A DNA stretch of 32,000 bases. Origin: Candidatus Methanoperedens sp. (GTDB taxonomy: Archaea; Halobacteriota; Methanosarcinia; Methanosarcinales; Methanoperedenaceae). The notes under the pieces are model-generated. The model had not been told where the DNA came from. It saw only the letters and a list, made by a program, of their open reading frames with translations, and did no database searches. Position numbers and translations under genes: made by a program. The first letter of the stretch is position 1; each line of letters starts with the position of its first letter. This document shows positions 15,528-24,451 of the stretch, piece after piece. Location of the stretch: NCBI GenBank assembly GCA_027460535.1, contig JAPZAR010000027.1:30001-62000 (forward strand), written 5' to 3'.

Positions 15528-18500
15528 CTACCTCGTCGTAATTGCAGCCACGTTGGTGGACGTACTGGAACCGAAGATATTAGTTGCCAGGATACGGTAT
15601 GTGTAGGTTGTCCTGCGTTTCACACCGTCCTGACCTGTGGTGGGGTTCGTGTATGTCATGGGGCCAGTCCCCGGGTGGGCCGGCAAGGTTGCTACGTTAA
15701 TCCACGTAGTACCACCATTGGTTCTTCTCTGGACGATGAAGCTCGTCTCGGCATTGAAGTTGGGCGGATTGGAGACATTGGGGGAATTATCCGTCCAGTT
15801 GACAACGACGGGGGCGTTATTTGCAGGATTAGGCTGAGCTGCCGTCAGGCTCGATGGAGCCGCAGCCGGGGGGCCCACCGTGACACTATTGGAGGGTGCC
15901 GAGTTGACGGTATTGTTGGGATAGGCGCCCATATTGAGGATACCGACCACGTTGGAAGCCAGCACCTGGTAGTAGTAGCTGGTGTTGGCTGCAACCGTGC
16001 TGTCGTTAAATGCCAGGATCCCTCCGGTTGCCCTGTTCGGAACGCTCCCTGCAACCATGAAAGTCGTCAGTCCTGTCGTGAAGCCAGGATCCGTTGCCCT
16101 CTGGATAGTGAAGTTTATCTCGTCGACAGAGTTGTCTGTCCAGGTCAAATCCACTCTCAGCGGACCACTGAGCCCTGTGGCAATCAGGTTGGAAGGCGCA
16201 GCCGGTGGAACAGACACCACTACTGGTCGCATCATGTCGTTTTCTTCATGCCCAAGCAGGTGGCAGTGGTAGACATACTCCCAGCCGAAATTGACCAACT
16301 GATTGGTTATGACAGGAGTTACCGGGTTGCCGTTCGGGTCTACATTAGTAAATCCCGTCGTCGAACCTAGTGGACGCGTCACATCCATCGGTCGAATGCT
16401 GTTGGGAATCTTGAAGGGGAGGTTCGTGAGCTTAAGTGGCCTCAACGCCACGATGATGTCTTCCAGCGGGTTCATCCGCACAGTTTCCTTCCAGCCCAGC
16501 TCGTTGGGGTCTGGGGGCCTGATGGCACCGTCCCACCCGACCCGGTTTATCACCTGTACGTTGAACAGGTGGACATGGATGGCATGGGTATCAACGCCGT
16601 TGTGCGTGATCTTCCATATCTGGGTTCCATCGTTTAGAGACCCTATGGGAGTGCCAATGTCCGTTATGTTTATAAGTTCCACGGGTGGATCGATGTATGC
16701 CTGGATGATGGATGTCTGCCCAACATTGTTAGTATGCCTTATTTCGTTACCAAGGATGGCATTCATCCGACCATAGTCAGTTGTGAAGTCCTCGATGATG
16801 GCCTTTGGCTCCATTTCCATCCTGATAGCGCCTGTTGGGCCGATTGGGTCGAAGGTGAAATTGGTGTCCTGGATTTTCACATACGCACTTGCATTGCCAG
16901 GGAAACCTGGAGCAGGCGGGTTGTAGACGCTATTGTAAGGAGCCTGAGGCACGAGAATGGTGTCTTGGGACGCATTAAACACAGCAGGTAACGCTGTTTG
17001 CAAGGCCGTCAAAATGGTTGCGTTGACATCGTCGACGGGCGCGGACGAATCAGGTCCTGCACCTACATGGATTTGCATGATGGTGCGGGTGTTGGGACCG
17101 TAGCCTGCCAGGGTCGATGGTGCACCGCCAGAACTGGTCTGGTCTGAGTCATTCGTATAGTAGTCAAGACGGGGATCAGCAGCCGGAACAGGCGCGGGCG
17201 AGTCGCTATAGAGGATCAGGGTCTTTCCTGCGAACCTGGAGAAGTCAACAATGACATCCGCCCTCTCAGCCGGTCCGAGGAAGAGTGCCTTCTCTTTGAC
17301 ATTCCCTACGGTTATGTCTCTGCGGTTGTAGACGTAGTTGATCGGCTGGTTTTTTACCACCATTGGAGCAGGCATGAATCCGCCCTCGGTGCCGATTTGG
17401 ATCATTGCTGGGCCCCTGGTGTTCGGATCCGGGACGCCACCCTCACGGTCATCGAAGGTAAAGCCACCTGGTATAATGGTATACCACCAGGTAGGGAAGG
17501 GAGTGATCAAGTTCTGGTTCGAGTTGAAAGGAACCATCTTGACTTCGGTATTCTTCCGACCATCTACGGTGGTCACATTCGGGTCGGCAACATACAGCTG
17601 CAGGTTCCAGAACCGGTCGTCAGCTGCGTTAAGTATGCGGAAGCGAACAGGTCCTGCTGGCACGTTGAGGACCGGGTAGGCTTTGCCGTTGACAAGCGGG
17701 GTGTCCATGAACGCTTCAGGCACGCCGGACGGCGAAATCAACCGCGCATCTGGCGTCCCGGGGATCTCAGGCCCCTCGCAATACTGCGTGGCGCTGGAAA
17801 CGCAACTGGCATTGAAGTTGGGGTTCGGGATCGGCCCGAATTGTAAGCCTGTAAACGGCGGCCAGAACCACGGGCCGTAATCCCATCTGCCCATTGGGTT
17901 AGCTCCTGTTAGGTCCCCCGGGTTCTGGTTGGGCATGTAGACGTGGGGATACCAGAGCTGGCCATAGCCTCCCCACTTCGTCGAATTCCATGTAGGATCC
18001 TGAGCCATCAGTTGCGAGGCAAAGGTGCCCATCTGGTTCGTGAATGGTGTGGTGTTGTCGGGCACGAATGTCTTGTCCTGGATGACAAGGGGAATTCCGA
18101 CGCCCGGGAGTACTGCTGCATTCAAAGGATTTGCTCCCGCTATGTTGGTACCATTGATCAAATCTTGCTCGAACTGGTCTGTCAACAGGTAGCCTGATGC
18201 CTCACCGGCATAGACATTTAGACGGGTGATCCCGTAGGCATGGTCGTGATAGAACATCAGCCTGGCGCTCTGCTGGTTGGTATAGTAAAAGGTCAGCGAG
18301 CCAGCGCCGGGATCGGGCATGTCAGGGACGTTGGACACACTCACACCTTCAGGGTAATCGGTAATCTCTCCAGCAGGAGTAGTCCACTGATGGGGGGTCC
18401 CGTCACTGATCCATGGAGTGGTTCCACCGTGAAGATGCAGGGTGGCTCGGTTCTCAGAGTAACAGGTTGTAGGCTTTGGCGTCGCCGAACAATCCGTACT

Positions 18501-19760
18501 CATAGTAGCATTGGGACCATCCCCCGCCCCCATATAAGTTGTGTCCACCGGAAGGAAGAGGTCGCCTCCGGCACCTGTGGGAAGCTTGTTGGTGAACTTG
18601 ACGCGAACTGGCTTGTCACGCGTGGCGATGATCACGGGCCCAAGATAACTGATAGGTGCGACGTCCACCCCATTCATTACCTGCACATATCCCCTCAGTT
18701 TTGTCGGGGGAAGGTCTGAATGCATTTCCTGGGTGTACTCTCTTAGCTCAATTTCATAGCAATCAGCCGGCTGGCTGGAATATGTGCAGGGAGTCGGAGT
18801 GGCAATTGTTAGACTCGGTAATGGATTGATGAATTTCCTTATACCCCCGGAAATGACAGTGACCGCTATGGAGTAGGTTCGATCGGTGCTGAACATCGGG
18901 TAATTGACATCCCCAAGGTTGATTATAGAACCATTTATAGGGGCCGCAGCAGCCGGATAAAGTAAGGTGTCATTTCCCACTCCGCCTGGCGTAGCTGGAA
19001 TGTCGACGGCAATCCCTTGCCCGTAATGGGCAATCAGGTCGCCTGCTTGAACGGTGGTTGGCGTTACTGTAAAAGTCTGTACTTGTCCAATCGTTACAGA
19101 TGGTACTGTCAACGGTCCGCTATCAAAAATTACTGTATATTGGTTCGGAACACCTGTGGGCTGCAACACGTAGGCATTAAATGTATTTGGCCCTGATCCC
19201 GGCTGATTATATGTCTGGAATGATGAGAGTGTCCCATTTGACAGCGGGGCATGGGTATTGACAACGAATACGTTCGCCGCATTGTCTGTGGGAATCGCCC
19301 GCCCGATCAACGGATTCCCGATTGTGGTTACTGCCGGAAGCGGGCTGTTGGCATAGTTAGGCCAAATGCCGAAATAGTCAGGTGTAGTACCCGGCCCGGG
19401 TTGTGCGATGGCTGCGATTCCAACCGCTGCAGGTGCAATCGTTGCGGGTCCAACCGCTGCTTTCCCCTTCTTTCCAAGAGATTTTTTCAACTTTTCTGCT
19501 GCAGCCTTCCTCTTGGCAAGCATATCTATCATCATTTCTCGTCTTTTCAGCGGATCAATTTTATTCAGAGTATCCTTTGCAGCATTTGCACCCAGAGTCT
19601 GGCTGTCCACTGTGGTGACATTGCCAGTGTCTGATGTGTGGCTGCTCGGAACGGCAGCACTGCTGTTCAACATAAATAATGTCAATCCAGCAGTAAGCAA
19701 CATTAATACAATGCTTGCATATATTGTTCTTTTTAATTTATGTTCATTATTATTTACCAT
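15528..19760 (-). CDS. Giant secreted three-domain-type multicopper oxidase (CotA/bilirubin-oxidase-like, heavily expanded) with an N-terminal signal anchor and two C-terminal fibronectin type III-like domains
   Basis: 1410 aa. All four MCO copper motifs were located in frame: HLH (18429-18437, ATLHLHGG), HDH (18240-18248, FYHDHAYG), HAIHVH (16569-16586) and HCHLLGHEENDM (16233-16268, i.e. HCH-x3-H-x4-M). An IRKFINPLP motif marks the MCO core start. The last 226 aa (15531-16208) form two FN3-like repeats (LTWTDNS..FTIQR..YYYQVLASN and VNWTDNS..FIVQRR..YTYRILATN). The N-terminal hydrophobic helix has no twin-arginine. About 20 N-x-S/T sequons. An AAGGAG RBS lies upstream. Confidence 0.85.
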   Translation of the reverse strand: MVNNNEHKLKRTIYASIVLMLLTAGLTLFMLNSSAAVPSSHTSDTGNVTTVDSQTLGANAAKDTLNKIDPLKRREMMIDMLAKRKAAAEKLKKSLGKKGKAAVGPATIAPAAVGIAAIAQPGPGTTPDYFGIWPNYANSPLPAVTTIGNPLIGRAIPTDNAANVFVVNTHAPLSNGTLSSFQTYNQPGSGPNTFNAYVLQPTGVPNQYTVIFDSGPLTVPSVTIGQVQTFTVTPTTVQAGDLIAHYGQGIAVDIPATPGGVGNDTLLYPAAAAPINGSIINLGDVNYPMFSTDRTYSIAVTVISGGIRKFINPLPSLTIATPTPCTYSSQPADCYEIELREYTQEMHSDLPPTKLRGYVQVMNGVDVAPISYLGPVIIATRDKPVRVKFTNKLPTGAGGDLFLPVDTTYMGAGDGPNATMSTDCSATPKPTTCYSENRATLHLHGGTTPWISDGTPHQWTTPAGEITDYPEGVSVSNVPDMPDPGAGSLTFYYTNQQSARLMFYHDHAYGITRLNVYAGEASGYLLTDQFEQDLINGTNIAGANPLNAAVLPGVGIPLVIQDKTFVPDNTTPFTNQMGTFASQLMAQDPTWNSTKWGGYGQLWYPHVYMPNQNPGDLTGANPMGRWDYGPWFWPPFTGLQFGPIPNPNFNASCVSSATQYCEGPEIPGTPDARLISPSGVPEAFMDTPLVNGKAYPVLNVPAGPVRFRILNAADDRFWNLQLYVADPNVTTVDGRKNTEVKMVPFNSNQNLITPFPTWWYTIIPGGFTFDDREGGVPDPNTRGPAMIQIGTEGGFMPAPMVVKNQPINYVYNRRDITVGNVKEKALFLGPAERADVIVDFSRFAGKTLILYSDSPAPVPAADPRLDYYTNDSDQTSSGGAPSTLAGYGPNTRTIMQIHVGAGPDSSAPVDDVNATILTALQTALPAVFNASQDTILVPQAPYNSVYNPPAPGFPGNASAYVKIQDTNFTFDPIGPTGAIRMEMEPKAIIEDFTTDYGRMNAILGNEIRHTNNVGQTSIIQAYIDPPVELINITDIGTPIGSLNDGTQIWKITHNGVDTHAIHVHLFNVQVINRVGWDGAIRPPDPNELGWKETVRMNPLEDIIVALRPLKLTNLPFKIPNSIRPMDVTRPLGSTTGFTNVDPNGNPVTPVITNQLVNFGWEYVYHCHLLGHEENDMMRPVVVSVPPAAPSNLIATGLSGPLRVDLTWTDNSVDEINFTIQRATDPGFTTGLTTFMVAGSVPNRATGGILAFNDSTVAANTSYYYQVLASNVVGILNMGAYPNNTVNSAPSNSVTVGPPAAAPSSLTAAQPNPANNAPVVVNWTDNSPNVSNPPNFNAETSFIVQRRTNGGTTWINVATLPAHPGTGPMTYTNPTTGQDGVKRRTTYTYRILATNIFGSSTSTNVAAITTR

Positions 19761-19972
19761 ATATTTTTCTCCTTTTTTCGCGTTCTTTATTTCACTCCTT
19801 ATTTTGCTTTTTTGCGGAGATTAAACCTCGAAGCGATTTATATCTCCGCTTATTATTTCTATTAAATTTTATATGGACAGATATCCTATCATTTTGTCAT
19901 TTATCCCCCCAAAAGCATCCCGCTTTTAAAAAATATTAGAATTAATTCCTTAAAAAGGATTAAGATTTAATT

Positions 19973-20051
19973 GCATATATCAAAAGCATATATCAAAAGC
20001 ATATATCAAAAGCATATATCAAAAGCATATGTTAAAAAGCACATGTCAAAA
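19973..20051. repeat. 13-bp tandem direct repeat array: 4 perfect plus 2 degenerate copies
   Basis: GCATATATCAAAA occurs at 19973-85, 19986-98, 19999-20011 and 20012-24. It is followed by GCATATGTTAAAAA (20025-38) and GCACATGTCAAAA (20039-51). The array lies 213-291 nt upstream of the MCO start codon. Confidence 0.95.
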
Positions 20052-20653
20052 GCACTTGCCGGCTTTATATGGCGGCAGACGTGCATCAATCTAATCTTTT
20101 TGTCCCAAAGCCCTTGGACAATATTTTCTCACAAATAATTCTGAATTTGGATTTTCAGCGGATAAGAGGTTGCTTAGATGGACGGTGGGACAAAAAAGGG
20201 ATGATAGAATTGGAACTGCTCTATTTTGCGCTGGCGTCTGTCTAAATTTATACTCGACTTAATTCTGTCCCACAGCCTGAGACATGTGACCATTACATTA
20301 CGTTTGACACGATCAAACTAACCGCGGATTAGCGTACTATAAACACTTTCGGTCAACATTAGCTTTATAGTGAGGGGTTGCGACCCCATAGTCCTGAGGA
20401 AGCGCCGCAGCTTGCGGGATTTAACATGAAATCACCGGTTGCATATTTTCAGAAGTCAACGAAAATTACAGATTGATCGAAATCCTCTCTTATATTCAAC
20501 TTATAAAAATAATGTGGCCTGTCTCATGCAGACCAACTGATAAGCAGAAAAATGAACATGACCACGAGATATGAGCCAAGTATCTCATCTGCAGGATTAG
20601 TTATTGGCACATTTAGTATTATAACACTACCTCATTCCCTCAGATAAATGCAT

Positions 20654-21448
20654 TCAGATCATTTGCATATCAAAAACATACCTGTTCACCCGCGGTGCCA
20701 CTCCCCCGCAATTTCGATAAGACCTGACCCTCCATCCTTTTTCTTCCAGCAATCTCTTAAAATGAGCAATTTCAAAATCTTTTTTAAATGTATAGAAATG
20801 GATAGTTCCTTCTGGTTTCAATATAAAGCGTGCAAGACTCAGGAAATAATCCTGCCCGTATGGAGTCGGCATCACGATCCTGTCAAAATCCTTTCTGAAG
20901 ATAAGATTAATCGAGTTCGCATCACCCAGAATGATATCAGCATCGACCTTATTCAACTCTGTATTTTTCTTGCAGAAAGTGCATGCAAGGGGATTATTCT
21001 CAATCCCGATTATATTGACATTCCTTGTTTTCGCGATGGGTATCAAAAATGGCCCTGCGCCGCAGAATAATACGAGAACGTCCTCGCCGTTTCTCACCAG
21101 TTCCGCTATCCTTTTCCGCTCAAAGTACATTTTGCCTGAAAAATAGGTTCTGGCTATGTCCACATGGAAATCGCACCCATTCTCCCTGTGTACCGTGGTT
21201 GTCCTGTCCCCTAACAGTATCTCGAAATCCCCAACGCGCTTCGTACCATGGAGTTTGTTCGTTTTTCGAAGAACCACCATAACACCCCTCCTGTGTGAGA
21301 CGAGGGCCTGCGCAATGAGATGCTTTTCATCTTCAAGCTGTAGCGGGATATTGATAATGGCGATATCCCCTATGACCTCAAAGCCTTTCGGGAGAAGAGA
21401 AAGTTTTTTCTCAGGAAGTTTATCTTTCAGAATATCTCTGAGGGACAT
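20654..21448 (-). CDS. trm5: tRNA (guanine37-N1)-methyltransferase Trm5 / Taw22-type (Met-10+ family class I SAM methyltransferase)
   Basis: The LPKGFEVIGDIAIINIP N-terminal domain, DVLVLFCGAGPF SAM motif and GIENNP catalytic NPP-like motif are typical of archaeal Trm5. Confidence 0.75.
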   Translation of the reverse strand: MSLRDILKDKLPEKKLSLLPKGFEVIGDIAIINIPLQLEDEKHLIAQALVSHRRGVMVVLRKTNKLHGTKRVGDFEILLGDRTTTVHRENGCDFHVDIARTYFSGKMYFERKRIAELVRNGEDVLVLFCGAGPFLIPIAKTRNVNIIGIENNPLACTFCKKNTELNKVDADIILGDANSINLIFRKDFDRIVMPTPYGQDYFLSLARFILKPEGTIHFYTFKKDFEIAHFKRLLEEKGWRVRSYRNCGGVAPRVNRYVFDMQMI

Positions 21449-21455
21449 GTTCTTG

Positions 21456-22250
21456 TTAGCGCATTAACGCGCTTGCGAGCATAATGGCCCTCGCAGCATC
21501 CTCTTTGACCCTTGAGGTGTCCACGAAAACCTTTTCCATCAGCACAGGCGCTCCATACCCATGGCCTCCACCCAGGAACACAAGGGTCCTGAAAATAAGA
21601 TTGCCTGAGATCCCATCCGGTGCGATGATGAAATTCGCCTCTTTTACGGCATCTTCTATCAGTATAGAATAATTTTTTGCATCTATCCCCAGCTCGCAAA
21701 CTTTTTTTGTTACGATCTCTGCATCAACAAGCGTCATATCCACCCGCTCATCCCTGCCTTTATCCTCAAAGCGCCCGCCTGAGAGGATGCCCACTTTTGC
21801 TTCTATATCCAGTCGTCCAATATGCTCAACACCTTTTCTTATCAATTCGATCTTACTCGCTACCGTATTTCCCTCGTCGATGCCTACTGGCGCAAGGAAG
21901 AAAGGTCTCCCATCTGCTGTTTCCAGCAAAGCGATCCTGAATAATCTGGTCGTCCCGAGTGAGATTTTCAATGCGGATAGAGTTTTTGTGGCACTCAGCG
22001 TACCCCTCACAGCGCCATCTATTTCTCCGGAATCCAGCAACTCTATGAGCGTTCGAGAAGGTTCCAACGAGTGGATTATTTCAAGCCTGCTTGGCCTGAT
22101 GTGCTCCTTGTCGCCCACGAGCACAACATCTGCATACTCAGCCGCACTCTCAGCGTTCTTGATGAGTTTTTCTGAATTTTTCCCGATCCCGACACCTATT
22201 CTTGCATGGTTATGCCTTGCTTTTTTCTCTATCTCGATAAGGAAATTCAT
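21456..22250 (-). CDS. MtxX-like protein (methanogenesis marker 4; phosphotransacylase-like fold); tentative
   Basis: 264 aa. The general pattern (IGVGIG..., [30 protein letters not shown]) matches my memory of the MtxX/PTA-PTB-like family. Not verified. It lies 7 nt upstream of trm5 on the same strand. Confidence 0.4.
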   Translation of the reverse strand: MNFLIEIEKKARHNHARIGVGIGKNSEKLIKNAESAAEYADVVLVGDKEHIRPSRLEIIHSLEPSRTLIELLDSGEIDGAVRGTLSATKTLSALKISLGTTRLFRIALLETADGRPFFLAPVGIDEGNTVASKIELIRKGVEHIGRLDIEAKVGILSGGRFEDKGRDERVDMTLVDAEIVTKKVCELGIDAKNYSILIEDAVKEANFIIAPDGISGNLIFRTLVFLGGGHGYGAPVLMEKVFVDTSRVKEDAARAIMLASALMR

Positions 22251-22441
22251 AGTTTACTTGTATACTTTGTATACTTTTATTCCGGCCAAAATTATTAACA
22301 TGGCTGCTGGTATGATTTTTAGTTCATTGCGTTCCTGGCGGTTTATCATGTTGCTACCCCGAAGGTGCAAAGCTTCATAATATTTTTCAATTAGAGAATT
22401 TTAAGCCATTTATATTATTCGTCAAAACTAATTGAACTTAT

Positions 22442-23263
22442 TTAACTGTTTTTTCTGCCAAGTTCCTTTGAGCGTTCGCATGCCGCTATCACCGCATTCA
22501 TCATTGCAACACGTACGCCGCGCTCTTCCATGACCCTGATGCCTCTTATAGTCGTCCCGCCCGGCGATGTCACCATATCCCTTAACTCCCCTGTGTGGGT
22601 CCCGTTATCCAATACCATTCTGGCTGCGCCAAGAACTGTCTGGGCTGCCAGCAATTTCGCCGTGTTCCTGTCAAGACCTTCATGCACCCCGCCGTCGGCA
22701 AGCGCTTCAATTATCATGAAAATATATGCCGGGCCGCTTCCTGAAAGTCCTGTTACTGCATCTATGAGGTGCTCAGGCAATATGACAGTCCGCCCGACGG
22801 CATTAAAGATCCCACTTGCAACTGCTACATCCTCGTTCGATACCGCGCTTCCCGGACTGATGGCAGACGCCGCTTCTTTTACGGTCGCTGCTATATTGGG
22901 CATTACCCGGATAACTTTTGCACCGCGGGGCAGGGCATTTTCAAATGTCTCTATTGATACGCCTGCTGCTATTGAAATTATGAGCTGGTTCTTTATTGAA
23001 TTTTTGATCTCATCAAGGACTTTCGGAACAATCTGCGGTTTTACTGCTATCACCAGTATATCTGAATTGAGAACAGAATCGCAATTGTCCTTGCAGATGT
23101 TTATTTTGTACTCATTGTGCAGCGACTCAAGTTTCTTAAAGTCCGCATCGCTTGCATATATTTTATCAGGGGAAAAAAGGCCGGATGCGAGTATTCCTTT
23201 GATGAGTGCCTCACCCATCTTTCCAGTGCCGATAAATCCGATTTTTTTGCTCGACGTTGCCAT
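22442..23263 (-). CDS. proC: Pyrroline-5-carboxylate reductase
   Basis: IGFIGTGKMGEALIKG NADP motif, VMPNIAATV, and the SGSGPAYIF...EALADGGV...GGTTIRGI motifs are diagnostic of ProC. Confidence 0.9.
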   Translation of the reverse strand: MATSSKKIGFIGTGKMGEALIKGILASGLFSPDKIYASDADFKKLESLHNEYKINICKDNCDSVLNSDILVIAVKPQIVPKVLDEIKNSIKNQLIISIAAGVSIETFENALPRGAKVIRVMPNIAATVKEAASAISPGSAVSNEDVAVASGIFNAVGRTVILPEHLIDAVTGLSGSGPAYIFMIIEALADGGVHEGLDRNTAKLLAAQTVLGAARMVLDNGTHTGELRDMVTSPGGTTIRGIRVMEERGVRVAMMNAVIAACERSKELGRKNS

Positions 23264-23319
23264 TAGACTCTTCTACACTAAAGTGACTGAACCAATAAAA
23301 AGATATTCATAAGAGAAAA

Positions 23320-23670
23320 TCAGGTCTTACTGAGCTTTAAAATAGCGGCCGCAATATCACCTTTTGTTTCCTTGAGTGCATTTCTGGCCTCTGTTTCACT
23401 TGATTTTGCCTGTTCCATCACGAGTTTGACGTCTTCCTCGGGAATTCTTACCTCACGTGCGATTTCCTGGGGCGTTCCGACGACCTGGTAGGTTTTCGTT
23501 CCCCTCGCATCCATTATGGAGACCTGGGCATCTTTGAATACTATGTCCTTTTCGGGTGTGCGGATGATGACCTCTTCCACATTTTCGATCTCGTTTATGT
23601 CGATTCCCATCTGCTTCATCATGGAAGCCATCTTGCGTGGATTGATACCTTTTCCAAGACCGGGGAACAT
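23320..23670 (-). CDS. nac: Nascent polypeptide-associated complex protein (archaeal NAC alpha, NAC + UBA domains)
   Basis: MFPGLGKGINPRKMASMMKQMGIDINEIENVEEVIIRT... is the canonical archaeal NAC N-terminus. The C-terminal EARNALKETKGDIAAAILKL is a UBA domain. Confidence 0.9.
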   Translation of the reverse strand: MFPGLGKGINPRKMASMMKQMGIDINEIENVEEVIIRTPEKDIVFKDAQVSIMDARGTKTYQVVGTPQEIAREVRIPEEDVKLVMEQAKSSETEARNALKETKGDIAAAILKLSKT

Positions 23671-23675
23671 TTAGA

Positions 23676-23999
23676 TCACCCGCAACTTCCGCACCCTGAA
23701 CCGCACCGTGCATGAGGATTATCTATTATGAAACCTTTTCCGTAATCATTATCGATGAAATCGATTTTCAGCTCGTCCATTTCATTTTGAATGTCTTTAC
23801 TAAAAAATAATTTTATTCCATTGTTTTCCTGGACCTCGTCCCCTGTTTTTGGGGTTTTTTCCAATGTGAGTCCATATTGTACACCGCTGCAACCTATCCC
23901 TGCGGCGAATATCCGCAAGCCGTGGTCGCTTTTCTTTTCTTTTTCAAGCAACTGTTTCAATTCTGATGCCGCTGCGTCTGTAATCTCTATCATTTGCAT
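23676..23999 (-). CDS. Iron-sulfur cluster assembly accessory protein (HesB/IscA/ErpA family)
   Basis: IEITDAAASELKQLL...GLRIFAAGIGCSGVQYGL... with a C-terminal Cys cluster CGSGCGSCG. Confidence 0.85.
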   Translation of the reverse strand: MQMIEITDAAASELKQLLEKEKKSDHGLRIFAAGIGCSGVQYGLTLEKTPKTGDEVQENNGIKLFFSKDIQNEMDELKIDFIDNDYGKGFIIDNPHARCGSGCGSCG

Positions 24000-24133
24000 C
24001 TCCTATCGTCCCTCTATGTTTTGGGTATATATAAAAATATCACAGGTAGATTTCTTTTATAAAAAGAAAATTAAATATAATTTCAGAAAAGTATATATAC
24101 AATAAAAGAAACTTTTAATTATCCGGTGGTTCG

Positions 24134-24451
24134 ATGGAGTCACTCAAAATTAGAATTAAGAGACGCATAGAAGTATATCTTGAGCTTGATATAGATGGTA
24201 TCAGGGAATTCATAATAAATATACTGCTTAAATTAAAAAAGGTAACCGTGGACATGCTATACCGTGAACTTAACAGAAAATTCAGGGTTTCCTACAGTGC
24301 GGTTGCCTCAACGCTGGGATATATCCATTCAAAACTCGGAATTCTCCATGCTTACAAGGAATCATACAAGATACCAACAGTATACTCGTTAAAAGAGGAA
24401 TACGTGGACATAATCAAAAACGCACTGAGTGAGAAAGCACAAACCTGTTAG
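24134..24451 (+). CDS. Small hypothetical protein, possibly winged-helix
   Basis: 105 aa and AT-rich, with no recognised family. The helix-helix-wing-like pattern (DMLYRELNRKF / SYSAVASTLGYIHSKLG / YKIPTVYSL) is only suggestive. Its 3' end overlaps the convergent HD gene by 4 nt. Confidence 0.35.
   Translation: MESLKIRIKRRIEVYLELDIDGIREFIINILLKLKKVTVDMLYRELNRKFRVSYSAVASTLGYIHSKLGILHAYKESYKIPTVYSLKEEYVDIIKNALSEKAQTC

Noticed and set aside
15528-19760. The large copper protein as a NirK-type nitrite reductase or a nitrous-oxide reductase
   Set aside because: It has the complete four-motif set of a three-domain MCO with a trinuclear cluster, including HCH-x3-H-x4-M. It has neither the two-domain NirK pattern nor CuA/CuZ signatures.
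19814-19849. 8-bp perfect inverted repeat GCGGAGAT ... ATCTCCGC (20-nt spacer) in the MCO 5' leader/promoter, considered as a riboswitch-like hairpin or operator
   Set aside because: An 8-bp inverted repeat within a few tens of nt is expected around 20 times by chance in 32 kb. There is no supporting conservation or second copy. I mention it only as context for the MCO upstream region.
19973-20051. The tandem repeat array as a CRISPR array
   Set aside because: The units are 13 bp and directly abutting with no spacers. There are no cas genes in the window. This is a simple tandem repeat, not CRISPR.
22261-22284. Duplicated TTGTATAC/GTATAC palindromes just upstream of the MtxX-like start codon
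   Set aside because: These are very short, AT-rich and within chance expectation. No second site exists elsewhere in the window.
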